Shown: positions 50,901 to 62,632, numbered from the stretch's first letter. The stretch is 64,000 nucleotides of DNA from Hypanus sabinus (GCF_030144855.1 NC_082708.1:45136001-45200000); one strand, 5' to 3'. A program made the numbers and translations. Notes: generated by a model from the sequence alone, not told the origin.

Positions 50901-52220
50901 TGCCTCCAGTAAATTACAGACTGACTTCACACAGGAGCAATGTTTAAACTCACTCACTGTTGCACAAATAAAACAAACACATCAGTGATCGGACAACATG
51001 ATTTTCTTCTGTAGTATTTTTGCCAACAAGTTTTGTTCCTTAGAAGCATTTCCTAGAAGTTTCCATCAGGATGAAAATTTACATTGACCACTAATGGCCA
51101 GTAACTTAGTGAGACAGTTGTATAATTTGTACTTGCTCTTTGTGATTGTGATGTGAAGAAACCATTGCCAAATGAGAAAAACCCTCAAAGTCAACCAGGC
51201 ACTGTTCCCAACAACCACACCAGTGTTTTTTGAGCTGGTCTCATGTTCTGTATTGTCACAGAATATTCACCAACTACATGGAACAAGCCAGGAGTTTAAT
51301 GGACTATCATCTGTAATTGTTGGACAGAAACATAAGAGAGAGAAATGACAAAATATCAACAGATTATTTTCACTGACAAATGAACCCTTTAAACAAAGAC
51401 CTACTAAAACTTCAAAACGAAGAGCCATCATTTAATCACTCAGAAATTAAGGAACATTTTCCCAAAACTTTTCTCTTACCTCCACTATTGTTTATTGATC
51501 TGACAGAGGTGACAGACATGGAAGTACAAAGCAACTGCCGGACAACAGAAAATGTTAGCAGAAAATCACCTGGTGGACTCATTAAACAGATCTAAGTCCA
51601 TTCGATTAGCTTGTTCCTGATTGTTTCTACCCTACCATTATGAAGAACCTTCGTTTCATTTCAAAAACATTCCAGCCCTCTTTTGTAGGTCTCTGAAACG
51701 AATACAATATTACAGACAAGTGCAGAGAAAAGAAATTAAAGTAAGGTTTTTTTCTTAATTTCCATTTACTGAAACTCATTTAATGTGTCTGTGAATATGA
51801 GTGCTGCATCAGCCAGACAATTTCATCTTACTTTCTTTTCCCTCAAATTATCAAAGTTTGAGATCCTTTAGTTGTCACTCAGGGGAATTATCTACATCAC
51901 CTACACTCAGGTAGACTGGGCTGCCTAATTTATTTGAGTCTATTATATGGGCATGGTACATTGCACGGTGAAAGTCAGTTCTGACCAGGTACACTCAGTG
52001 TTTTGGCCATTGGCACCGCGGTACTGCATTTGCTGAAGCATCCCAGATGCAAAACACTGGATAGCTGATCTGCCTATACACAGGTACAGTGTATGGCTGG
52101 GGCCAGTCTTGCTCATGTTTGCTGGTTGACATGGTCAATTATTACCCATCTGCATTGGTTGGCTGACCATCACTATGCTGCTTTGCTGTTACACTGGATG
52201 GCCAGGGCAACCTTCTTCAT

Positions 52221-55200
52221 GGTACTCCAGATGGCCAGGTCTACAGGTTGGCAAGGGACAACCACCCGGGTACTCCAGATGGCCAGGTCTACAGGATGGC
52301 AAGGGACAACCACCCACGTACTCCAGATGGCCAGGTCTACAGGATGGCAAAGGACAACCACCCACGTACTCCAGATGGCCAGGTCTACAGGATGGCAAGG
52401 GACAACCACCCACGTACTCCAGATGGCCAGGTCTACAGGATGGCAAAGGACAACCACCCACGTACTCCAGATGGCCAGGTCTACAGGATGGCAAGGGACA
52501 ACTACCCACGTACTCCAGATGGCCAGGTCTACAGGATGACAAGGGACAACCACCCACGTACTCCAGATGGCCAGGTCTACAGGATGGCAATCACCCGGGT
52601 ACTCCAGATGGCCAGGTCTACAGGATGGCAAGGGACAACCACCCACGTACTCCAGATGGCCAGGTCTACAGGATGGCAAGGGACAACCACCCACGTACTC
52701 CAGATGGCCAGGTCTACAGGATGGCAAGGGACAATCACCCGGGTACTCCAGATGGCCAGGTCTACAGGATGGCAAAGGGACAACCACCCGGGTACTCCAG
52801 ATGGCCAGGTCTACAGGATGGCAAGGGACAACCACCCACGTACTCCAGATGGCCAGGTCTACAAGATGGCAAGAGACAACCACCCGGGTACTCCAGATGG
52901 CCAGGTCTACAGGATGGCAAGGGACAACCACCCACGTACTCCAGATGGCCAGGTCTACAAGATGGCAAGAGACAACCACCCACGTACTCCAGATGGCCAG
53001 GTCTACAGGATGACAAGGGACAACCACCCACGTACTCCAGATGGCCAGGTCTACAGGATGGCAAAGGGACAACCACCCACGTACTCCAGATGGCCAGGTC
53101 TACAGGATGGCAAGAGACAACCACCCACGTACTCCAGATGGCCAGGTCTACAGGATGGCAAAGGACAAACACCTGGGTACTCCAGATGGCCAGGTCTACA
53201 GGATGGCAAGAGACAACCACCCACGTACTCCAGATGGCCAGGTCTACAGGATGGCAAGAGACAACCACCCGGGTACTCCAGATGGCCAGGTCTACAGGAT
53301 GGCAAGGGACAACCACCCGGGTACTCCAGATGGCCAGGTCTACAGGATGGCAAGGGACAACCACCCGGGTACTCCAGATGGCCAGGTCTACAGGATGACA
53401 AGGGACAATCACCCGGGTACTCCAGATGGCCAGGTCTACAGGATGGCAAGGGACAACCACCCACGTACTCCAGATGGCCAGGTCTACAGGATGGCAAAGG
53501 ACAATCACTCGGGTACTCCAGATGGCCAGGTCTACAGGATGGCAAGAGACAACCACCCACGTACTCCAGATGGCCAGGTCTACAGGATGGCAAGAGACAA
53601 CCACCCGGGTACTCCAGATGGCCAGGTCTACAGGATGGCAAGGGACAACCACCCAGGTACTCCAGATGGCCAGGTCTACAGGATGACAAGGGACAATCAC
53701 CCGGGTACTCCAGATGGCCAGGTCTACAGGATGGCAAGAGACAACCACCCACGTACTCCAGATGGCCAGGTCTACAGGATGGCAAGGGACAACCACCCAC
53801 GTACTCCAGATGGCCAGGTCTACAGGATGGCAAAGGACAATCACTCGGGTACTCCAGATGGCCAGGTCTACAGGATGGCAAGAGACAACCACCCACGTAC
53901 TCCAGATGGCCAGGTCTACAGGATGGCAAGAGACAACCACCCGGGTACTCCAGATGGCCAGGTCTACAGGATGGCAAGGGACAATCACCCGGGTACTCCA
54001 GATGGCCAGGTCTACAGGATGGCAAGAGACAACCACCCACGTACTCCAGATGGCCAGGTCTACAGGATGGCAAGGGACAACCACCCACGTACTCCAGATG
54101 GCCAGGTCTACAGGATGGCAAAGGACAATCACTCGGGTACTCCAGATGGCCAGGTCTACAGGATGGCAAGAGACAACCACCCACGTACTCCAGATGGCCA
54201 GGTCTACAGGATGGCAAAGGACAATCACCCGGGTACTCCAGATGGCCAGGTCTACAGGATGGCAAGGGACAACCACCCACGTACTCCAGATGGCCAGGTC
54301 TACAGGATGGCAAAGGACAACCACCCACGTACTCCAGATGGCCAGGTCTACAGGATGGCAAGGGACAACCACCCACGTACTCCAGATGACCAGGTCTACA
54401 GGATGGCAAGGGACAATCACCCGGGTACTCCAGATGGCCAGGTCTACAGGATGGCAAGGGACAACCACCCACGTACTCCAGATGACCAGGTCTACAGGAT
54501 GACAAGGGACAATCACCCGGGTACTCCAGATGACTAGGTCTACAGGATGACAAGGGACAATCACCCGGGTACTCCAGATGGCCAGGTCTACAGGATGGCA
54601 AGGGACAACCACCCGAGTACTCCAGATGGCCAGGTCTACAGGATGGCAAAGGACAACCACCCGGGTACTCCAGATGGCCAGGTCTACAGGATGGCAAGGA
54701 CAACCACCCACGTACTCCAGATGGCCAGGTCTACAGGATGGCAAGGACAACCACCCACGTACTCCAGATGGCCAGGTCTACAGGATGACAAGGGACAACC
54801 ACCCACGTACTCCAGATGGCCAGGTCTACAGGTTGGCAAGGGACAATCACGGGTACTCCAGATGGCCAGGTCTACAGGATGACAAGGGACAACCACCCAC
54901 GTACTCCAGATGGCCAGGTCTACAGGATGGCAAGGGACAACCACCCACGTACTCCAGATGGCCAGGTCTACAGAATGGCAAGGGACAACCACCCACGCAC
55001 TCCAGATGGCCAGGTCTACAGGATGGCAAGGGACAACCACCCACGTACTCCAGATGGCCAGGTCTACAGGATGGCAAGGGACAACCACCCACGCACTCCA
55101 GATGGCCAGGTCTACAGGATGGCAAGAGACAACCACCCACGTACTCCAGATGGCCAGGTCTACAGGATGGCAAGAGACAACCACCCGGGTACTCCAGATG

Positions 55201-56222
55201 GCCAGGTCTACAGGATGGCAAGGGACAACCACCCACGTACTCCAGATGGCCAGGTCTACAGGATGGCAAGGGACAACCACCCGGGTACTCCAGATGGCCA
55301 GGTCTACAGGATGGCAAGGGACAACCACCCGGGTACTCCAGATGGCCGCCAGGTCTTCAGGATGGCAAGGCACAACCACCCACGTACTCCAGATGGCCAG
55401 GTCTACAGGATGACAAGGGACAACCACCCACGTACTCCAGATGGCCAGATCTACAGGATGACAAGGGACAACCACCCACGTACTCCAGATGGCCAGGTCT
55501 ACAGGATGACAAGGGACAACCACCCACGTACTCCAGATGGCCAGGTCTACAGGATGGCAAGGGACAACCACCCACGCACTCCAGATGGCCAGGTCTACAG
55601 GAGGGCAAGGGACAATCACCCACGTACTCCAGATGGCCAGGTCTACAGGATGACAAGGGACAACCACCCACGTACTCCAGATGGCCAGATCTACAGGATG
55701 ACAAGGGACAACCACCCACGTACTCCAGATGGCCAGGTCTACAGGATGACAAGGGACAACCACCCACGTACTCCAGATGGCCAGGTCTACAGGATGGCAA
55801 GGGACAACCACCCACGCACTCCAGATGGCCAGGTCTACAGGAGGGCAAGGGACAACCACCCACGTACTCCAGATGGCCAGGTCTACAGGATGGCAAGGGA
55901 CAACCACCCACGTACTCCAGATGGCCAGGTCTACAGGATGGCAAGGGACAACCACCCACGTACTCCAGATGGCCAGGTCTACAGGATGGCAAGGGACAAC
56001 CACCCACGTACTCCAGATGGCCAGGTCTACAGGATGGCAAGGGACAACCACCCACGCACTCCAGATGGCCAGGTCTACAGGATGGCAAGGGACAACCACC
56101 CACGTACTCCAGATGGCCAGGTCTACAGGATGGCAAGGGACAACCACCCACGTACTCCAGATGGCCAGGTCTACAGGATGGCAAGGGACAACCACCCACG
56201 TACTCCAGATGGACAGGTCTAC
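52221..56222. repeat. 48-bp minisatellite/VNTR, ~83 copies
   Basis: Consensus GTACTCCAGATGGCCAGGTCTACAGGATGGCAAGGGACAACCACCCAC; very high identity with recurring point variants and a few indels. Confidence 0.99.
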
Positions 56223-56330
56223 TAACTCTGCCTCTGTTCATTGGTTAGTCAGAGATCCTCTTTCCTTGTAATGTTGCATAGCAACGACCATTACCACCCA
56301 GCCAGGAACAGACTGCTCTGTTGATACAAT

Positions 56331-56420
56331 AGACTGCAGATGCTGGAATCTGGAGTAACACACACATTCCAGAGGAACTTAGTTACGCACTATCTGTGGG
56401 AGGAAATAAGTTGTTGATCT
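56331..56420 (-). mobile_element. Penelope-like terminal segment (degenerate)
   Basis: AGACTGCAGATGCTGGAATCTGGAG.AACACACA..GAGGAACT. Confidence 0.7.
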
Positions 56421-56499
56421 ATTGGAGTAGGATGTAGAATTGTTATTTTTCTTGTATTTTCTTGTAGTTTAATGTTTTTATGCTTGCTTATCAATTTTA

Positions 56500-58190
56500 A
56501 ATCACCTGGAAAATGATGCCTCATATGCCTAAATGTTATTCATCAACTTCAGCTTAGTGTTTAACACAATCATCTCTTAGAGGCTGGTGGGTAAACATTT
56601 ATCATTGGGATTTGTCATCTCTGGATCTTGAACTTGTTGACAAAAAGATCGCAGTCTGTCCATGGCAGCAACAACATCTCAAGCTCCATCGCACTGAGCA
56701 CTGGTGCCCCCCAGGATTGTATGCTCAGCCCGCTGCTGTTCACACTACTAACTCACAACTTCACTGCAAGATCCAGCTCACTGGTACCACAGTGGTCAGT
56801 CACATCAGCAACAAAGATGAGTCAGCATACAGAGAGGAGGTAAAGAGACTTTTCAAGTGGTACAAGAACAGCAACCTGAGTTTCAACATGGACAAGACAA
56901 AAGAGATGATTGTGGGCTTCAGGAAGGCACAGCTCAACTAGTCTCCATTGCACATCAATGGCTCTGCCATGGAGAGAGTGAAGAGCACAAAGTTCCCTGG
57001 TCTGCACTTAACGAAATATCTAATCTGATCTCACAACACCTCCTCACTGGTGAAGAAGGCACAGCAGCTTCAACACTTTATGAGGAGATTGAGTAATGCA
57101 AGGCTTTCTGCCCTACCCCCCATTCTAACAACTTTCTACAGGAACACCACTGAGAGTGTCCTTACTCAACGCACCATTGTGCGGATTGGAAGCTGCAGGG
57201 CCCTACAGAGGACAGTAAAAACCCGAACAGCAAGGCCCTACAGAGGACAGTAAAAACCCGAACAGCAAGGCTCTACAGAGGACAGTAAAAACCCGAACAG
57301 CAAGGCCCTACAGAGGACAGTAAAAACCCGAACAGCAAGGCCCTACAGAGGACAGTAAAAACCCGAACAGCAAGGCCCTACAGAGGACAGTAAAAACCCG
57401 AACAGCAAGGCCCTACAGAGGACAGTAAGAACCCGAACAGCAAGGCCCTACAGAGGACAGTAAGAACCCGAACAGCAAGGCCCTACAGAGGACAGTAAGA
57501 ACCCGAACAGCAAGGCCCTACAGAGGACAGTAAAAACCCGAACAGCAAGGCCCTACAGAGGACAGTAAAAACCCGAACAGCAAGGCCCTACAGAGGACAG
57601 TAAAAACCCGAACAGCAAGGCCCTACAGAGGACAGTAAAATTCCGAACAGCAAAGCCCTACAGAGGACAGTAAAAACCCGAACAGCAAGGCCCTACAGAG
57701 GACAGTAAAAACCCGAACAGCAAGGCCCTACAGAGGACAATAAGAACCCGAACAGCAAGGCCCTACAGAGGACAGTAAGAACCCGAACAGCAAGGCCCTA
57801 CAGAGGACAGTAAAAACCATCGAGAGGATCACTAAGATTTCCCTCTCCTCTATTCGTGACATTTACTATGAGTGTTGCAGGCAAAGGGTCCAAAGCATTG
57901 TTGAGAATCCCTACACCCATCCCACAATCTCTTTAACCCACTGCTATCAGGAAGGAGGTTGAGAAGCATTAAGACTGGGACTGCCATACATCTTCCCTCA
58001 GTCTGTGAGGCTTGTGAATGCCCTCCCATCACTGAGGGTCTCGCCACTAGGAGGAGGAGCTGTTTATTGTTTACCTGCGCAGTGCACTACATGCATTTTG
58101 AATTATATTTCATTAGCTTATTTATGGTAATATTTTGTTTTATGGGCTATGTGTGATATATGTTTTGTGGGTGCACCATTGTCTGGAGCA
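56500..58190 (+). mobile_element. Rex1/Babar-type LINE RT and 3' end, split by a minisatellite
   Basis: STGAPQDCMLSPLLFTLLT, DESAYREEV, KTKEMIVGFRK, LTTFYRNTTESVLT; resumes IERIT..SIRDIY..PLLSGRRLRSIKT after the array. Confidence 0.92.
57199..57818. repeat. 35-bp minisatellite, ~17.7 copies
   Basis: Unit GGCCCTACAGAGGACAGTAA(A/G)AACCCGAACAGCAA; CAGAGGACA recurs every 35 bp from 57206 to 57801. Confidence 0.99.
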
Positions 58191-58519
58191 ATTGTGTAAT
58201 TTCCAGCATCTGCAGATTTTCTCATGTTTGTAACTGTTCAGTGAATTTTCCTGAATTTTAGCATAGCTGAATCTGTATTCTTCTAGAAGTTTCTCTGCAG
58301 TCTGTATCACGTCAGTGAACCTGACTGTTTCCTAGGCTCCCTCTTATCCTTTATCTGTCTAGTCTGAGCTAGCTTATAGTCCAGGACAACCACGACTCCT
58401 TTCTCCCTTTCCTGTCTTTGTTGGTTTTTTGTTCATGTAACACCTAATAAACTGCCATAATCACCTAGTTTTATTCCTCTTTCTTGCTTTCCGAAGAACC
58501 TCTGGGTCACAATATCACC

Positions 58520-59010
58520 CAGTCCAACAGGTCGAAACCCTGCATCAGGACTGAGACTGCAGAGACAAGATGGCTGGTATAAAGAGGAGAAGAGGAGTGG
58601 CAAGAATGGCTTCTAATATAACTGGTGGACTGAGGAGGCAGGCAGAGGAGGTGAGGAGGCGATCGGGGATGGAGCTAGAAAGCAATCGTAAGTGAGTGGT
58701 AGGCAGAAAGAGTGTGTGTGTGAGAGGATGAGAGAGAATGAGAAAGAGTGAGAGAGAGAAAGAGAGTGAGAGAGAGAGTGTGTGAGAGAATGAGAGAGAG
58801 TGAGAAAGTGAGAGAGAGTGTGTGAGAGAATGAGAGAGAGTGAGAAAGTGAGAGAGAGTGTGTGAGAGAATGAGAGAGAGTGAGAAAGTGAGAGAGAGTG
58901 TGTGAGAGAATGAGAGAGAGTGAGAGAGTAAGAGAGAGTGAGTGAAAGAGAGAGTGGTAGGTGGGGGGAAAACAAATAATCAAGGTGGGGAAGAGGAGTG
59001 TGAAGGTACA
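58520..59010 (-). mobile_element. Penelope-like terminus/UTR containing a GA-rich expansion
   Basis: GGTCGAAACCCTGCATCAGGACT motif followed by a purine-rich UTR. Confidence 0.6.
58705..58957. repeat. Compound GA/GT repeat with a 40-bp higher-order unit
   Basis: TGAGAAAGTGAGAGAGAGTGTGTGAGAGAATGAGAGAGAG occurs three times exactly at 58801-58920. Confidence 0.95.
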
Positions 59011-59184
59011 AGACAGATGTTCTCTTTGACCATCACCAATTATTATCAATGCACCAGACCAAGCATCCTATCTGGAAATATTTTGGCTTGTTATGGCAAC
59101 TGTCTACCCATGACCACAAAAAAAAAACCGAAGAGAGTGTTGAACACAGCTCAGTACACACAGAAACCAACCTCCCCTCCATGG

Positions 59185-59280
59185 AACACACACAAAATGC
59201 TGAAGGAACTCTGCAGGCCGAGCAGCATCTATGGAAAAGAGCGAACAGTCAACGTTTTGGTCTGAGACCCTTCATCAGAG
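59185..59280 (-). mobile_element. Penelope-like terminal segment (nested)
   Basis: ACACACACAAAATGCTG.AGGAACTC.GCAGGCC..GCAGCATCTATGGAAAA. Confidence 0.85.
59247..59280 (-). ncRNA. Near-intact minimal hammerhead ribozyme motif
   Basis: Minus strand CTGATGA-AGGGTCTCAGACC-AAAA-CGTT-GACT; CUGAUGA and palindromic ACGT are intact, GAAA>AAAA (consistent with CpG decay). Confidence 0.6.
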
Positions 59281-59624
59281 CCCTTCAAAAGTCCCCTCCA
59301 CAGACCTTTGCCTTCCTTCTCATTGCCTCAGTAAAGCCGCCAACATAATCAAAGACCTTGCCCTGCCAGGTCATTCTCTCTTCTCCTCCTCCCATCAGGC
59401 AGAAGATACAAAAGCCTGAAAACATGTACAACCAGGCTCAAGAACAAGTTCTAGCCTGCTGTAATAAGACCATTGAACATTCCCAGTACAAGAAAATTGA
59501 CTCTTGACCTCAGTCTACCTTGTTGTGACCTTGAACCTCATTATCTAGCTGAAGTGCACCTTCCTATATTCAAGCTTTTATTGTTTTAGCTTGTAGCACC
59601 TTAGTACATTGTTGCCATAGTGAG

Positions 59625-60350
59625 ATCTAGAAAAGGGAAGGAGGTATCAGAAATAGTCCAGGTGAATTTGAGAACAGGGTGGAAGCTGGTGGCAAAGGTA
59701 ATACAACTGAAGCAAGAAGCAGAACTAATGTAGTTACTAGTTGAGAAGTGTTGCAGAGTGGTACCAGAGGTTTGGAAAAGGAGTATTCCATGTAGCCAAC
59801 AAAAAGCAGGCAGAGCTGAAGCACTTGTGGTTGCCCATGGTTACACCTTCAATTTGTAGAACATGAGGAAAATCAAAAGAGAACTTTAAACTAAAAATCA
59901 ATTCAGCCAGGAGGAATTTAAGGTGGGGTGTTATATGGGAGGCAGGGCTTGAGGGTCGGCACAATATTGTGGGCCGTAGGGCCTGTAATGTGCTGTACTA
60001 TTCTATGTTCTCTATGTAGGCATAGAGCATGAGCATGTAGGCGGAAGGGAACCAGTTGGATCTTTGGTGCAGAAAGAAGTGGAGGGCAGTTAGACCTTCC
60101 TGAAATGTGATGGAGGTTGTTAAAACTGGATAGCCATAGAGGAGATGAGATATTGGGGCCCAGCAATTAGAATGTATCTAAATGGTGGAGGCTAAGCAAA
60201 TGTCCTAGATGTAGGAGGGAAGGGACCAGACAAGGGGAAACAGGATTAAGTCAAGATATGAGGAGATAAATTGGGTAGAGCAGGAGCAGACAGAAATAAT
60301 GGGCCTCCTGTCTGTGGATCATGAATAAGACATAGAAACAGGAAATACAA
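59625..60350 (-). mobile_element. Penelope-like RT fragment with an inserted CR1 tail (~59925-60016)
   Basis: HVLQIEGVTMG and CLLFVGYME match the PLE RT region; the insert has GTCGGCACAA.ATTGTGGGCCG.AGGGCCTGTA.TGTGCTGTA..TTCTATGTTCT. Confidence 0.7.
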
Positions 60351-61067
60351 GTACGAGACATTATCAGGTTAGAGGCTATGGAGTAGAGAATCCTGATGTA
60401 ACAAGATCACAAGCAGAGAGGGCCATATAGAAACATCCTCGTTTTTTTTAAGAAACCATCCAATTCTATGATTTAAATTTGTGAAGGAGAATAAAGAAGA
60501 TTCCTTTTTGGCATGCACTCCAACCTGACTGTTACTCCAAAATGCAGTGACACTGAACTTGGCTGTGGGCACAGAAAATGTATTTGTTTTTTGTTTATAG
60601 GTGAATGAAACATGTTCTCTACATTACAAGCCTTCAAGGATTACAATGGAAAGAAAATATTTTTTGTTATAAATTTCTACATAAAAAAACTGAAGGTGAT
60701 CTATGAAATACTTTAAAGAAAATCCATGCAGTCTGGTATCTCCAGGGAGTGTGGCTTAGTTTGTTTTGTCCACAGTTACTGACACTGGCTTGGACCCAGC
60801 ACTTGTTACTGGGCAGATAACATCCAGAAGAGGTCTGTCTCTAATTATGTTATTTACAAGAATAAAAAAGAATACATTGCAGAAGTTTAAAGGCAAGTGT
60901 TTCCATTTGTCACATACTGTTAAATTTGTTTTGGCAGCTTTGTTCCTTAACAGCAAACTTTGAGAGCAATTTTCCCCTTTTTGGTCTATTCTCATTGCTG
61001 ATTAGCAGAAGAAAGATCATTGGAGACCCACACTAATGTGATTTTCAAGTGATCTCACTGAAAACAG

Positions 61068-61575
61068 GCATAAGAATAGGAAATAGGAGCAGGAGTAGGC
61101 CATCTGGCCCATCAAGACTGCTCCACCATTCAATAAGGTCATGGCTGATCTGGCCATGGACTCATCTCCACCTACCTGCCTTTTCCCCATTAATTGTTAA
61201 TTCCCCTACTATGCAAAAATCTATCCAATCTATATTTATTGAGGTAGCCTCCACTGCTTCATTAGGCAGAGAATTCCACAGATTCACCACTCTCTGGGAA
61301 AAGCAGTTCCTCCTCATCTCCATCCTAAATCTACACCCCCGAATTTTGAGACTATGTCCCCTAGTTCTAGTCTCACCTACCAGTGGAAACAACTTTCCTA
61401 CCTCTATTTTATCTATCCCTTTCATAATTTTCTCTAAGATCTCTTTTCATTCTTCTGAATTCCAGCGAGTACAGACCCAGCTGACTCAAATCTCTCCTCA
61501 TAGTCTAACCCCCTCATCTCTGGAATCAACCTGGTGAACCTCCTCTGCATCACCTCCAAAGCCAGAATATCAACC
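61068..61575 (-). mobile_element. CR1 LINE 3' end
   Basis: MKGIDKIEVGKLFPLVGETRTRGHSLKIRG..RRNCFSQRVVNLWNSLP. Confidence 0.93.
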
Positions 61576-61654
61576 TGGTTAAGAATACAATGGCATCCCC
61601 AAAAGTATTAGAGTGAGGTAATGTATTATTTAAAAGGTTATCGGTCCTTTTAAA

Positions 61655-62060
61655 AATAAGAATAAGATCAGAAGAATGAGGGGTGACCACAAGGAAATGG
61701 TGAAAGGCCTCAATAGAGTGGATGTGCAGAGGATGAATTCTATGATGGGAGAGTCTAGGACCAGACGACACAGCCTCAGAATAGAGGAGCATCCTTTTAG
61801 AACAGAGCTGAGGTGGAATTTCTTTAGCCAGAGAGTGGTGAATCTGTGGAATTTGTTATCACAGACAACTGTGGAGGCCAAGACTTTACATATATTTAAG
61901 CCAAAGGATGATGGGTTCTTGATTAGTCAGGGCATAAAATAATAATGTGAGAAGGAACAAGTTTGGAGCTGAGAGCCGTGATCAGCCATGATGAGATGGC
62001 AGAGCAGACTTGATGAGTCAAAGGGTATAACCATGCTCCTATATCTTATAGTTTTACAGT
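61655..62060 (+). mobile_element. CR1 LINE 3' end
   Basis: MRGD..GLNRVDVQRM..GESRTRRHSLRI..NFFSQRVVNLWNLL. Confidence 0.92.
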
Positions 62061-62555
62061 CCAAAATCAAAAGAAGAAATTGAAATTAAATTTGTGGTAC
62101 CATATGCATGAAATTAGCATAGTACTGATCCTCATGAGAAACCAGAACCTCCCCATCTTCCTGCAGGTGGAAGTGTTCTATAAGCCTCCATAGAAATTGG
62201 ACCAAACCAAAATGGAGAGATACGGAAGGTATATATGAAGGGAACTGTAATTGATTTGTTTATGTGTAAAGAGGTAATATTAACAAGGGACCTTGTGGTT
62301 AAGAATCCATTAGGAAGTAGAATTCCAGGTACAGTTTGAAGACCAACTCCAACATCTTCACCTTAAGTAAGATATGAAGATAGAGATGTTACAGTGAACT
62401 GAGAGAGGGATGGGGCTGGGGATATACAGAGGCAGAAATGCATCTGTTTGGAAAGAAGGATTCTGTGAGAAAGATGAACCATTTGTAGACAAAAAAGGTC
62501 AAGCATAATGCCAAATTTTAAATGAGAACAATAAAATAGAAAGGACTAATGTAAA

Positions 62556-62632
62556 AGTTCCCAACCCAGGGTCATGGATCCCTTGATTAATTATAGTGAT
62601 CCATGGCAAAAAAAAAGTTTGGGAACCCCTGG
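62556..62632. mobile_element. Short hAT-like MITE
   Basis: GTTCCCAAC..TTTGGGAACCCCTG imperfect terminal inverted repeats. Confidence 0.6.

Larger units (their letters stand above)
59030..59610 (+). mobile_element. Rex1/Babar-type LINE 3' end with a nested Penelope terminus
   Basis: TNYYQCTRPSILSGNILACYGNC..RVLNTAQ; CLSKAANIIKD..PGHSLF. Confidence 0.85.

Noticed and set aside
52093-56271. Long ORFs (up to 713 aa) as protein-coding genes
   Set aside because: They are translations of the 48-bp tandem unit, overlap in five frames, switch frame at indels, and have no unique domains or splice context.
52221-57818. CRISPR-like arrays
   Set aside because: The units are head-to-tail with no unique spacers, there are no cas genes, and the context is vertebrate.
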